Shown here piece after piece: positions 24,898 through 36,860 of a DNA stretch of 43,406 nt. The notes beneath the pieces are model-generated. The model ran no database searches. It saw nothing but the letters and a program-made list of their open reading frames with translations, and was not told the origin of the DNA. How positions within the stretch are numbered: the stretch's first letter is position 1; each line of letters begins with the position of its first letter. The position numbers were made by a program, and so were the translations under genes. Where the stretch lies: the NCBI GenBank assembly GCA_002269645.1, contig NIVC01003889.1:1-43406 (forward strand), in the 5' to 3' direction. The DNA comes from Macrostomum lignano. Its lineage: Eukaryota.

Positions 24898-25517
24898 AAC
24901 TAATCTAATAGAATAGTTAAAGAATTAAAAGAAAAACGCAGTAGCCACTTCTTTAAGTAGACATTAAAGCTTAGTTTCTGTGCTAAACGCATTTTTGATT
25001 ATATTTAATTCAGGAGCATGCCATGCCGAATACTTTAGCATTAACTAAGCAGTGAGAAGTGCATTATAGACTGTAAACCTGTAGCCTTCACCTAGGCAAT
25101 AAATTTCAACAATCTGTGAGGTCTCCATGGTTCCGCATCTGGGAGAGGTTGAACTAAAAACTCTTGACGCTTATGCTAACATCGCCTAAATATGAATAAT
25201 TAAGAATCTGAATCTGAACATTGCAACCAGAATGCTGCAGTGATCACAGTGGCCAAGGCAGATCAACAGTTAAAGTACACGGTGTACCCAGCGCCGCTCT
25301 GCTACTTATGCTACTTAGGTAATGGGTAATAAAATTTATCGGTTAAAGTGTGGTCTTGAGAAACATGATTAACTTAAAGGGCAGAGCTGCTCAACTGATT
25401 GCGAATTTGCTAAATTCGAATGGAGAGCTGCGGTTGCGCAAAATTTTAATGGCGTTTAAAATACCAGAGTTGCTAGGGTTCCCCGAGTTCGATTCCCAGG
25501 GCACCGAATGTGTAGTG

Positions 25518-25522
25518 AACTG

Positions 25523-25563
<41 letters not shown>

Positions 25564-25898
25564 TTACGTAACTAACTAGCTAGCTAGCTAACTAACTAAC
25601 TGACTAACTAACTAACTAACTGACTAACTAACTAACTGACTAACTAACTAACTGACTAACTAACTAACTAACTAACTAAGTAATTACGTAACTAACTAAC
25701 TAATTACGTAACTAACTAACTAATTACGTAACTAACTAACTGACTAACTAACTGACTAACTAACTAACTGACTAACTAACTAACTGACTGACTAACTAAC
25801 TAACTAACTAACTAACTGACTAACTAACTAACTAACTAACTAACTGACTAACTAACTGACTAACTAACTAACTGACTAACTAACTGACTAACTAACTG

Positions 25899-25941
<43 letters not shown>

Positions 25942-25958
25942 GACTAACTAACTAACTG

Positions 25959-25989
<31 letters not shown>

Positions 25990-26034
25990 GACTAACTAAC
26001 TAACTGACTAACTAACTGACTGACTAACTAACTG

Positions 26035-26081
<47 letters not shown>

Positions 26082-26342
26082 GACTGACTAACTAACTAAC
26101 TAACTAACTAACTGACTAACTAACTGACTGACTAACTAACTGACTAACTAACTAACTAACTAACTGACTAACTAACTAACTGACTAACTAACTAACTAAC
26201 TAACTAACTGACTAACTAACTAACTGACTAACTAACTGACTGACTAACTAACTGACTAACTAACTAACTAACTAACTAACTGACTGACTAACTAACTAAC
26301 TAACTAACTAACTGACTAACTAACTGACTGACTAACTAACTG

Positions 26343-26385
<43 letters not shown>

Positions 26386-26574
26386 GACTGACTAACTAAC
26401 TAACTAACTAACTAACTGACTAACTAACTGACTGACTAACTAACTGACTGACTAACTAACTGACTAACTAACTAACTAACTAACTGACTAACTAACTAAC
26501 TGACTAACTAACTAACTAACTAACTAACTGACTAACTAACTAACTGACTAACTAACTGACTGACTAACTAACTG

Positions 26575-26627
<53 letters not shown>

Positions 26628-26986
26628 GTAATTACGTAACTAACTAACTAATTACGTAACTAACTAGCTAGCTAGCTAACTAACTAACTGACTAACTAAC
26701 TAACTAACTGACTAACTAACTAACTGACTAACTAACTAACTGACTAACTAACTAACTAACTAACTAAGTAATTACGTAACTAACTAACTAATTACGTAAC
26801 TAACTAACTAATTACGTAACTAACTAACTGACTAACTAACTGACTAACTAACTAACTGACTAACTAACTAACTGACTGACTAACTAACTAACTAACTAAC
26901 TAACTGACTAACTAACTAACTAACTAACTAACTGACTAACTAACTGACTAACTAACTAACTGACTAACTAACTGACTAACTAACTG

Positions 26987-27029
<43 letters not shown>

Positions 27030-27046
27030 GACTAACTAACTAACTG

Positions 27047-27077
<31 letters not shown>

Positions 27078-27122
27078 GACTAACTAACTAACTGACTAAC
27101 TAACTGACTGACTAACTAACTG

Positions 27123-27169
<47 letters not shown>

Positions 27170-27398
27170 GACTGACTAACTAACTAACTAACTAACTAAC
27201 TGACTAACTAACTGACTGACTAACTAACTGACTGACTAACTAACTGACTAACTAACTAACTAACTAACTGACTAACTAACTAACTGACTAACTAACTAAC
27301 TAACTAACTAACTGACTAACTAACTAACTGACTAACTAACTGACTGACTAACTAACTGACTAACTAACTAACTAACTAACTGACTAACTAACTAACTG

Positions 27399-27437
<39 letters not shown>

Positions 27438-27594
27438 GACTAACTAACTGACTAACTAACTAACTGACTAACTAACTGACTGACTAACTAACTGACTAAC
27501 TAACTAACTGACTGACTAACTAACTAACTAACTAACTGACTAACTAACTAACTAACTAACTAACTGACTAACTAACTGACTGACTAACAAACTA
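25518..27594 (+). repeat. (TAAC)n microsatellite with TGAC, TAGC and TAATTACG variants, about 2.1 kb
   Basis: Direct reading. Confidence 0.98.
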
Positions 27595-28424
27595 AATTTG
27601 AACTAAAAAACAAACAAATTTTTACGACTTTATTTAAACAGGAATTGCACTCGCAGCTCCCAATCTGGCAGGTAGTCTTCCTGCAGCTCAGAGGTGACAC
27701 GAAGAGCCGAGCTGATTTTAAACAGCGATAAAAGCAAATTCAATTTAAGTCCGTGCATCGCAGACAGAGAACTAACTAAAACGAAAACTGGGTGCTGGAT
27801 GCGCAAAAGTGCATCGTCTTAAAAAGCAAATTTATGCTTGTCAATAAACACACGGCACTCTATAACACTATTGCAAGGTTAATATTGCCAATTAAATAAG
27901 TCATAGTGAAGTACTTCACTAATTTCAAGGGTTAAAAATTAATGAATAAAACGGTTGCTATGGAAACAGAAGAGAAAGCAGTTACTAGAATGCAACAACA
28001 GAGTCTGCAGCACTGAGAACTGTGTATAGAACAATAGCAGTCTTTATCAAAATACGCGTTAAAAGAGATTTTACAAAACTAAAACTGACTACTGACCAGC
28101 AACGCTAGTGTGAGTAGTATATAGAGGAGATGAAAAATTTACTATGAAAATGTATCAAATATAAAAAGACTAGATTGCAGCGCGGACTAATAAGAACAGA
28201 CCATGCTAGCTAAAAAAAGATATAATTCAATAACAGCTAGAAATAATTATTAAAATATGTAAAATTTAATAGACCAAAAAGCCAGCTAGACTAGACAGAC
28301 GGACAGATGCAGAGCTGATACGCAGGTAGGAGAAAAAAGTGATAAAATTGAAAAAAGCAAAGGAAGGGGATGGTGGACAATTTACATGCGCGGGGGGCCT
28401 TCGATCTCGAGGTTTGAGTTACCG

Positions 28425-28495
28425 CTAGCGCAGGGAGCCGAGCCCGGGACCCATGTAGGTTGGCTTCCCCAGCTGCTGCTGCGGCTGTTGCTGAG

Positions 28496-28527
<32 letters not shown>

Positions 28528-30645
28528 CCAACCATCCCGTAGACTCCGCCCCCGCTGTTCACCAGCATGCCGCCGCCGCCACCTCCGCCGCCTTGGCTCA
28601 GCCTCTTCTGCTGTTGCTCCTTCAGCTTCATCTTTGAGTTGGCCTCGAATAAATTAGTCAAGTAAGTTTGATTAGTTAAAATTACGAACAAAAACTAAAG
28701 ATTTGAGCTTGAAAAAGGGGATTCTAAATCCACTTTTCCCTAGAAAAACGGGGATTTTTAATCAAACAGGATTTTAATTTTGGAATATCCCAAAGTAGGG
28801 ATTTTTAATCAACCAGGATTCTAATTTTGGAATATCCTAAAATGGGGATTTTTAATCAAACAGGATAAATGATTCTATAGCATCCCAAATTAGGGAAACC
28901 GAAGCAAACGATGTGATTTCAGCAAGCCTCACCAGCTGCTGCAGCTGGGCCTGCAGCTTCATCTTCTCATCGCTGAACCGCCTGATCTGATTTTGCACCT
29001 GCGGATTGGCGCCCCGGCTCTGCACTGTGATCTCCAGCAGGGCGATGTTGGCGTCCTTCTCGCACACCGAGGACATCAGCGCCTCCTCCTTGGACTCCAG
29101 CAGCTCCAGCATCTGCCGGTCCAGCTGCTGCTCCAGGCTGCGAAGGTCGCGCTCGCGCTTTTCCAGCTCCCTGATGGAGATTGGCGGATGTGGTTTGGGT
29201 TCAAGTTGGTTTGGGATATGGGACTTAATCTTTGACTTGGTCTGGGATCTAAGATACGGGACTCCGAGGTCTAGGATAGAAACTCAGGGATCGATTAAAG
29301 ACACAGGATTCAGGGATTAAATATACGGGACTTTGGAATCAAAGAATCGGGACTCTGGGATCTAGGATACGGGATTCTGGGATCTAGGATTCGGGACTTT
29401 GGAATCTAAGATACGGGACTCTGGGATCTAGGATACGGGATTCTGGGATCTAGGATTCGGGACTTTGGAATCTAAGATACGGGACTCTGGGATCTAGAAT
29501 ACGGGATTCTGGGATCTAGGATTCGGGACTTTGGAATCTAAGATACGGGACTCTGGGATCTAAGATATGGGATCTGGGATCTAAGATACGGGACTTAGGG
29601 ATCCAAGATACGGGACTCTAAGATCCAAGATACGGGACTCCAAGATCCAAGATACGGGACTCTAAGATCCAAGATACGGGACTCTAAGATCCAAGATACG
29701 GGACTCTAAGATCCAAGATACGGGACTATGGGATCTAAGATACGGGACTCTAAGATCTAAGATACGGGACTCTAAGATCTAAGATACGGGACTCTAAGAT
29801 CCAAGATACGGGACTATGGGATCTAAGATACGGGACTCTAAGATCCAAGATACGGGACTCTAAGATCCAAGATACGGGACTCTAAGATCCAAGATACGGG
29901 ACTCTAAGATCCAAGATACGGGACTATGGGATCTAAGATACGGGACTCTAAGATCAAAGATACGGGACTCTAAGATCCAAGGATTAAAGATCCCCGGAAC
30001 TCTAGGATTTTGGGACTCTGGGATCTATGATACGGAACTCTGGGATCTAAGATATGGGACTCCGGGATCTAAGATATGGGACTCCGGGATCTAAGATATG
30101 GGACTCCGGGATCTAAGATATGGGACTCCGGGATCTAAGATATGGGAATATGGGATCTAGGATTCGGGACTCTGGGATCTTGCGGACTCAGGAATTAAAG
30201 ACACAGAAGCCTCAAATAAAAAATATTCTCAAGCTGCTCACCGCCTCAACTCGGCGATGGTCTGGCCGCAGCGCGAGTGCTCCTCCCGCAGCCGCTCATA
30301 ATCGGAGGTCGACGCCGACCTACCGAGGCCGCCGCCGCCACCGCCGCTGTGTCGCTCGTTGCACTCCCGCTGCAGGCGCATGATGGTGTCCTCGCGCTGC
30401 TGGATGTCCCGTTTCAGGCCGAGTATCTCCGACCGCAGGCCGTGCATCTCGTTCAGCGTGTTGGCGTCCTCCTTCCGGTATCCGCCGCCGCTGCCGCTGG
30501 CGAGGGCGCCCAGCTCCTTGCGGAGCCGCTCGATTTCCTCCACCTGACTCTGGAAGCACTCGGTCTCCAGCAGGTGGATCCGGTGCTCGCGCTCGTGTAG
30601 CAGCCGGCGGCTGCGGCCTGCGGCAGGGTGCGGGTTGGGGTGTGT

Positions 30646-30717
<72 letters not shown>

Positions 30718-30752
30718 CTAAGACAGACAGATACTAAGACAGACAGACACTA

Positions 30753-30789
<37 letters not shown>

Positions 30790-30836
30790 CTAAGACAGAC
30801 AGACAGACACTAAGACAGACAGACAGACAGACACTA

Positions 30837-30897
<61 letters not shown>

Positions 30898-30946
30898 CTA
30901 AGACAGACAGACACTAAGACAGACAGACAGACAGACAGACAGACAT

Positions 30947-30997
<51 letters not shown>

Positions 30998-33900
30998 GGC
31001 AGACAGACAGACATACAGACACACACACACACACACACACAGTCAGTGCCGCTCACTCATCTCCTCCTCCAGCTCTCTGTTTCTCTCCTGCAGCCGGCGG
31101 TCGGCGCCCCGGTTGTCGCCGCGAGAGCGCCGCTCCATCTCGGTCTGCAGTTCGTACAGCTGGCGCTCGCGGTCGCGCAGGTCGTCGCTGAGCCGCTGGA
31201 TCTCCCGCTGGCACTGGTTCAGCTCCCGGGTGACGTCCTTCAGGCGGGCATCTTTGTCGCGCAGCTCCGCCTGCAGGTCGGCTGGAGGAGAGGGCGGTGA
31301 GGCCGCTGAGGGGCGATTCTCATGCAGGGGCCGCTGAGGGGCGATTCTCATGCAGGGGCAGCTGGGGGGGGGACGATTCTCATGCAGGGGCAGCTGGGGG
31401 GGACGATTCTCTTGCAGGGGCCGCTGAGGGGCGATTCTCATGCAGGGGCAGCTGGGGGGACGATTCTCATGCAGGGGCAGCTGGGGGGGGGGGATTCTCA
31501 TGCAGGGGCAGCTGAGGGGCGATTCTCATGCAGGGGCAGCTGGGGGCGATTCTCATGCAGGGGCAGCTGGGGGGGATTCTCATGCAGGGGCAGCTGAGGG
31601 GCGATTCTCATGCAGGGGCAGCTGAGGGGCGATTCTCATGCAGGGGCAGCTGGGGGGACGATTCTCATGCAGGGGCAGCTGGGGGGACGATTCTCATGCA
31701 GGGGCAGCTGGGGGGGACGATTCTCATGCAGGGGCAGCTGAGGGGCGATTCTCATGCAGGGGCCGCTGAGGGGCGATTCTCATGCAGGGGCAGCTGGGGG
31801 GGACGATTCTCATGCAGGGGCAGCTGGGGGGGACGATTCTCATGCAGGGGCAGCTGGGGGGGACGATTCTCATGCAGGGGCAGCTGAGGGGCGATTCTCA
31901 TGCAGGGGCCGCTGAGGGGCGATTGTCAGGGCAGTTGGGCTCAGTGCTGCTAGTAAGCATACACGGGGGTGGAGCTGAGCTCATAATTCGCTCACCCAGA
32001 GACCGGTCCTTAGACATGAAATCGTTGCCGTGCGTCATGAGGTGGTCGGGCTTCCTGCCGCCCATGTCTCCCCTGGTCAGCTCCTCGATGGTGCGGTCCC
32101 GCTTGTTGATCTCGGCCGACAGGTCGTGCAGCGCCTTGTCCCGCTTGCTGATCTCCGCCTGCAGCTGGTTGCGCAGGCTCAGCATGTCCGTCTCGAGGCG
32201 GACCCTCTGGTCGCTCTGCACCTGCGGGGCGGGTCAGCGGGTAGGAGGCTTATGCGTGACTTGCGGTGGGACTTACAGTGGGACTCAGTAGTGGGACTCA
32301 GAGTAGAATGGGACTTAAAATGGGACTTTAAATGAGACCCAATTTCAGATTCATAATAGAACTGAAATGGGACTCAGAGTAGGACTCAGAGTGGGACTTA
32401 AAGCGGGACTCAGAATGGGACTCAAAGCGGGATTCAGAGTAGGACCCAGAGTGGCCTCAGAATGGACTCAGAGTGGAACTCGGACGGGGACTCAGAATGG
32501 GACTCAAAGCGGGACTCAGAGTGGGACCCAGAGTGGCCTCAGAATGGACTTAGAGTGGAACTCGGACGGGGACTCAGAATGGGACTCAAAGCGGGACTCA
32601 GAATGGAACTCGGACGGGACTCAGAATGGGACTCAAAGCGGGACTCAGAGTGGAACTCGGACGGGACTCAGAATGGGACTCAAAGCGGGACTCAGAATGG
32701 AACTCGGACGGGACTCAGAATGGGACTCAAAGCGGGACTCAGAGTGGAACTCGGACGGGACTCAGAATGGGACTCAAAGCGGGACTCAGAGTGGAACTCG
32801 GACGGGACTCAGAATGGGACTCAAAGCGGGACTCAGAGTGGAACTCGGACGGGACTCAGAATGGGACTCAAAGCGGGACTCAGAGTGGAACTCGGACGGG
32901 ACTCAGAATGGGACTCAAAGCGGGACTCAGAGTGGAACTCGGACGGGACTCAGAATGGGACTCAAAGCGGGACTCAGAGTGGAACTCGGACGGGACTCAG
33001 AATGGGACTCAAAGCGGGACTCAGAGTGGAACTCGGACGGGACTCAGATTAGGACTCAAAGCGGGACTCAGAGTGGAACTCGGACGGGACTCAGAATGGG
33101 ACTCAAAGCGGGACTCAGAGTGGAACTCGGACGGGACTCAGAATGGGACTCAAAGCGGGACTCAGAGTGGAACTCGGACGGGACTCAGAATGGGACTCAA
33201 AGCGGGACTCAGAGTGGAACTCGGACGCGACTCAGATTAGGACTCAAAGCGGGACTCAGAGTGGGACCCAGAGTGGCCTCAGAATGGACTCAGAGTGGAA
33301 CTCGGACGGGACTCAGAATGGGACTCAGAGTGGGACTCAAAGCGGGACTCAGAATGGGAGTCACAGTGGGACTCAAAGCAGGACGCAGAGTGAGACTCAG
33401 AGCGGGACGCCCAACGCTACCTTGAGTTGATCCTGCAGATTTCGCATTTCCTGCTGGGCGCCCAGACTCTGCTGACCCATGAGCCGTTCGAGCTGCTGCT
33501 GCAGCTGCTGGTCCTTGGCCTTGCACTCGATCTGGTGCTGATCCCAGTGCTGGTTCCAGTCCACCAGGTGTTTCTCCTTCTCCTGCAGTTTCACTTCGGC
33601 TTCGCCGAGTTTCCTGCGCAACTCGTGCGCCTGGGAGCTCTGGCTGGACGACTGCTGCAGCCGCTGCAGCTCCAGTTGGAGCTTGTCGAGCTGGCTGTCC
33701 TTGCGGGTCAGCTCCTGCTGCAGCCTGGCCGCCTCCTGACTGCTGCCCATCAGGCTGGCCGAGTGTCTGCGGGCATCGGGTGGGGGGTTCTTGACTGTGC
33801 GCTGATTGTCAAGAGCTTCTAATGTGCTTCTAATGAATGCTCCAAGAGCGTCTAATAAGATGTGTATTAGTTAGGAGCTTCTAATGTGCTTCTAATGAAT

Positions 33901-35900
33901 GTGTCAGGAGCTTCTAATTAATGTGTCAGGAGCTTCTAATGAATGTGTCCGGAGCTTCTAGTAAATGTGCCAGAAGCTTATAATAAACTTGTTAGAAGCT
34001 TCTTGTGACTGCTTCAGGAGCTTCTAATGACTGTGACAGGAGCTTCTAATAAACGTGTCAGGAGAGTCCAATATGTCAGGAGCTTCTAATGAATGTGACA
34101 GGAGCTTCTAATAAACGTGTCAGGAGAGTCCAATATGTCAGGAGCTTCTAATGAATGTGACAGGAGCTTCTAATAAATGTGTCAGGAGAGTCCAATATGT
34201 CAGGAGCTTCTAATGAATGTGACAGGAGCTTCTAATAAATGTGTCAGGAGAGTCCAATGTGTCAGGAGCTTCTAATAAGATGTGTGCTAATGATGTGCCA
34301 GCGCCAATGATGAAGAAATTGCGCTAAAGCAAAGGTAAGTGTCAGGTTAAACTGCCAAATGTAGGAGTCGCTCACCTGCTGGCCTCCTGCTCCTGGTTGC
34401 GCAGCTCCCTCTGCAGGCGGTCCCGCTCCTCGCTGACGGTCTTGAAGCGGCTGCGCAGCTCCGCCAAGTCATCCTGCAGGCGTTGGATCTGCGAGTAGCT
34501 GTGGTGGTGGCTGCCGCCGACGCCGCTGCCGGAGCTGAAGCCGCCGCCGTGCGCGAACTGCTGGCTGCGGACCGTGTCGCACTGCGCCTCCAGCTCGTAG
34601 TTCTTCTTGCGCAGGGTGTGGATCTCGTCCAGGAGGTCGTTCTGGCGGGGAGGGTGGCGAGAGAGACAGAAATCTGTATTGGTGAAACACAAGCACACTA
34701 CTGACACAATCCGCAGCACGCTACTGACACAATCGGCAGCACACTACTGACACAATCCGCAGCACACTACTGACACAATCCGCAGCACACTACTGACACA
34801 ATCCGCAGCACACTACTGACACAATCTGCAGCACACTACTGACACAATCCACAGCACACTACTGACACAATCCGCAGCACACTACTGACACAATCCGCAG
34901 CACACTACTGACACAATCCGCAGCACACTACTGACACAATCTGCAGCACACTACTGACACAATCCGCAGCACACTACTGACACAATCCACAGCACACTAC
35001 TGACACAATCCGCAGCACACTACTGACACAATCCGCAGCACACTACTGACACAATCCGCAGCACACTACTGACACAATCCGCAGCACACTACTGACACAA
35101 TCTGCAGCACACTACTGACACAATCCGCAGCACACTACTGACACAATCCACAGCACACTACTGACACAATCCGCAGCACACTACTGACACAATCCGCAGC
35201 ACACTACTGACACAATCCGCAGCACACTACTGACACAATCCACAGCACACTACTGACACAATCCGCAGCACACTACTGAAACAATCCGCAGCACACTACT
35301 GACACAATCCGCAGCACACTACTGACACAATCGGCAGCACACTACTGACACAATCGGCAGCACACTACTGACACAATCGGCAGCACACTACTGACACAAT
35401 CCGCAGCACACTACTGACACAATCCGCAGCACACTACTGACACAATCCACAGCACACTACTGACACAATCGGCAGCTCACTACTCACATTCTCCTGCTCC
35501 AGCCTCTTTATCCGGTGCTCGCGCTCGTCCAGCCGTTTCTGCGTCTGCGTAAGACGGGTCTGAATGTCCTCTGCCAGTTTCTGCAGCCGTTCGATCTCCT
35601 GGGTCTGCACTCGGTACTGCGGAAATAAATTCATGAAAAATATTGATACCAGTATATGGAGGCCGAGTCAGTGTAGTGGCCAATTTTGGTTACACCTGTT
35701 CCGTTTCTGCATTAGGATCAAAAGTGACCGAACTTTCCGAGATTTACGAGAAGACAGGATGCCGCATCGCTCACCACTTCCATCTCCAGCGTCTTCATCT
35801 TCTCCATCTTCTCGTCCAGCTCAGCCTGCAACCTGGACGCGTACTTCTCGGCGTCCAGCAAGCGCTTCTTGGACAGGTCCAGGTCCGTGCGCATCTTGTC
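28425..35900 (-). CDS. ERC: ELKS/ERC/CAST/Bruchpilot-family active-zone coiled-coil protein, last 9 exons (716 aa, 5'-partial)
   Basis: Exons (descending): 35775-35900, 35488-35616, 34376-34641, 33421-33766, 31996-32221, 31057-31281, 30242-30617, 28933-29170, 28425-28643. All are GT-AG with matching phases and total 2151 nt (717 codons including TAG). [23 protein letters not shown]...QLQQLANSKMKL matches the ERC1/2 C-terminal block [22 protein letters not shown]...QQLKQQTQNRMKL (recalled, not searched). Confidence 0.85.
28750..28866 (+). repeat. 47-bp unit x about 2.5 in the last ERC intron
   Basis: GGGATTTTTAATCAA recurs at 28751, 28798 and 28845. Confidence 0.8.
29250..30185 (+). repeat. 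22-bp minisatellite (GATACGGGACTCTAAGATCCAA)n and variants, ERC intron
   Basis: Period 22 (gatacggg at 29651 and 29673). Confidence 0.94.
30646..31040 (+). repeat. (GACA)n microsatellite with CACTAA interruptions, ending in (CA)n, ERC intron
   Basis: Direct reading. Confidence 0.96.
31303..31925 (+). repeat. 28-31-bp G-rich minisatellite (GGGCGATTCTCATGCAGGGGCAGCTGAG)n, ERC intron
   Basis: Period 28 (cgattct at 31314 and 31342); length varies in the G-run. Confidence 0.95.
32270..33408 (+). repeat. 47-bp higher-order repeat of 12+12+12+11-bp GG(G/A)ACTC subunits, ERC intron
   Basis: GGGACTCAGAAT GGGACTCAAAGC GGGACTCAGAGT GGAACTCGGAC; period 47 (32881 to 32928). Confidence 0.95.
33815..34280 (+). 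repeat. About 22-bp GGAGCTTCTAAT-core repeat maturing into a 62-bp higher-order unit, ERC intron
   Basis: agcttctaatgaatgtgaca at 34081 and 34143. Confidence 0.88.
34692..35475 (+). repeat. 23-bp minisatellite (CACTACTGACACAATCCGCAGCA)n, about 34 copies, ERC intron
   Basis: Direct reading. Confidence 0.96.
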
Positions 35901-36087
35901 CTGCGGCGGGCGGGCGTTTGGGAGGCGATTGGGTTGGATGGGGAGATTCGCCTTCAGGCCATGCAAGAAAGACAGAAAAATGGCGACAGCCAGCAGTCAT
36001 GCCGATTGCGCTGACCACTGAGCTCAGACAGGCATTTTGCTCACAAAGGTGCACAGCCGTGGCATTTGTTTTTTTCACAGACTATAA

Positions 36088-36274
36088 CAACTGACTAACT
36101 GACTGACTAGCTAACTACTTGAAGTAACTAGCTAACTAACTAACTAACTAACTAACTAACTGACTAACTAACTAACTAACTAGCTAACTAACTAACTAAC
36201 TAACTAACTGACTAACTAACTAACTAACTAACTAACTGACTAACTAACTAACTGACTAACTAACTAACTGACTG

Positions 36275-36306
<32 letters not shown>

Positions 36307-36346
36307 GCTAACTAACTGACTAACTAACTGACTAACTAACTAACTG

Positions 36347-36386
<40 letters not shown>

Positions 36387-36430
36387 GCTAACTAACTAAC
36401 TGACTAACTAACTAACTAACTAACAAACTA
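36088..36430 (+). repeat. (TAAC)n microsatellite; its degenerate remainder continues at 36794-36850 beyond the SINE
   Basis: Direct reading. Confidence 0.96.
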
Positions 36431-36793
36431 TTTTTTTTTTATTAGAGGCAGGGGGTTGTGTGCACCCTGGCGCACTTTAAGCGACATAGGCACACAACCG
36501 GCGAGAGGCATTAATGCCCATTCCGCCGACTCCCCTGAGCAGGCATACAAGCGCGCGGATACGTACGCAGGCACACACTCACACAGGAATGTACAGCGGC
36601 TCTAACTTTATATTATCGTTAGGCATGTACACTTCACTGCGCCTTGGGGGTTGGCTCTCAAGGCCGTTAATTGCACGAGCAGAGCCAAGCCGAGATTCCA
36701 ATTCAGCCCCAAATTAATGTGACTGCACTTGGAATCGAGCCTGGGTCGCTGGCACACCAGAGCAGCCGCGCTACCGCTGGGCTACGGCCCCCC
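36431..36793 (-). mobile_element. Full-length tRNA-derived SINE (about 360 bp) with poly(A) tail and 14-bp target-site duplication
   Basis: The minus strand begins GGGGGGCCGTAGCCCAGCGG (A box) ... GGCTCGATTCC (B-box-like) and ends CTCTAATAAAAAAAAAA. TAACTAACAAACTA flanks both sides (36417-36430 and 36794-36807). A related copy lies at 21175. Confidence 0.88.
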
Positions 36794-36860
36794 TAACTAA
36801 CAAACTAAATATCTAACTAACTGACTGACTGACTAGCTTACTGACTAACAAAATAAATAA

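Noticed and set aside
25470-25515. B-box-like GAGTTCGATTCCC just before the (TAAC)n array
   Set aside because: No matching A box or cloverleaf, and no similarity to the SINE body; at most a remnant.
30277-33822. Plus-strand ORFs overlapping ERC exons and the GC-rich intron satellites
   Set aside because: Antisense shadows of coiled-coil exons or repeat translations.
36720-36793. tRNA gene on the minus strand
   Set aside because: A and B boxes are present but the acceptor and T stems do not close properly; it continues into a SINE body with a poly(A) tail and TSD.
36851-36860. Target-site duplication of the LTR element
   Set aside because: The right end lies beyond the window, so it cannot be evaluated.
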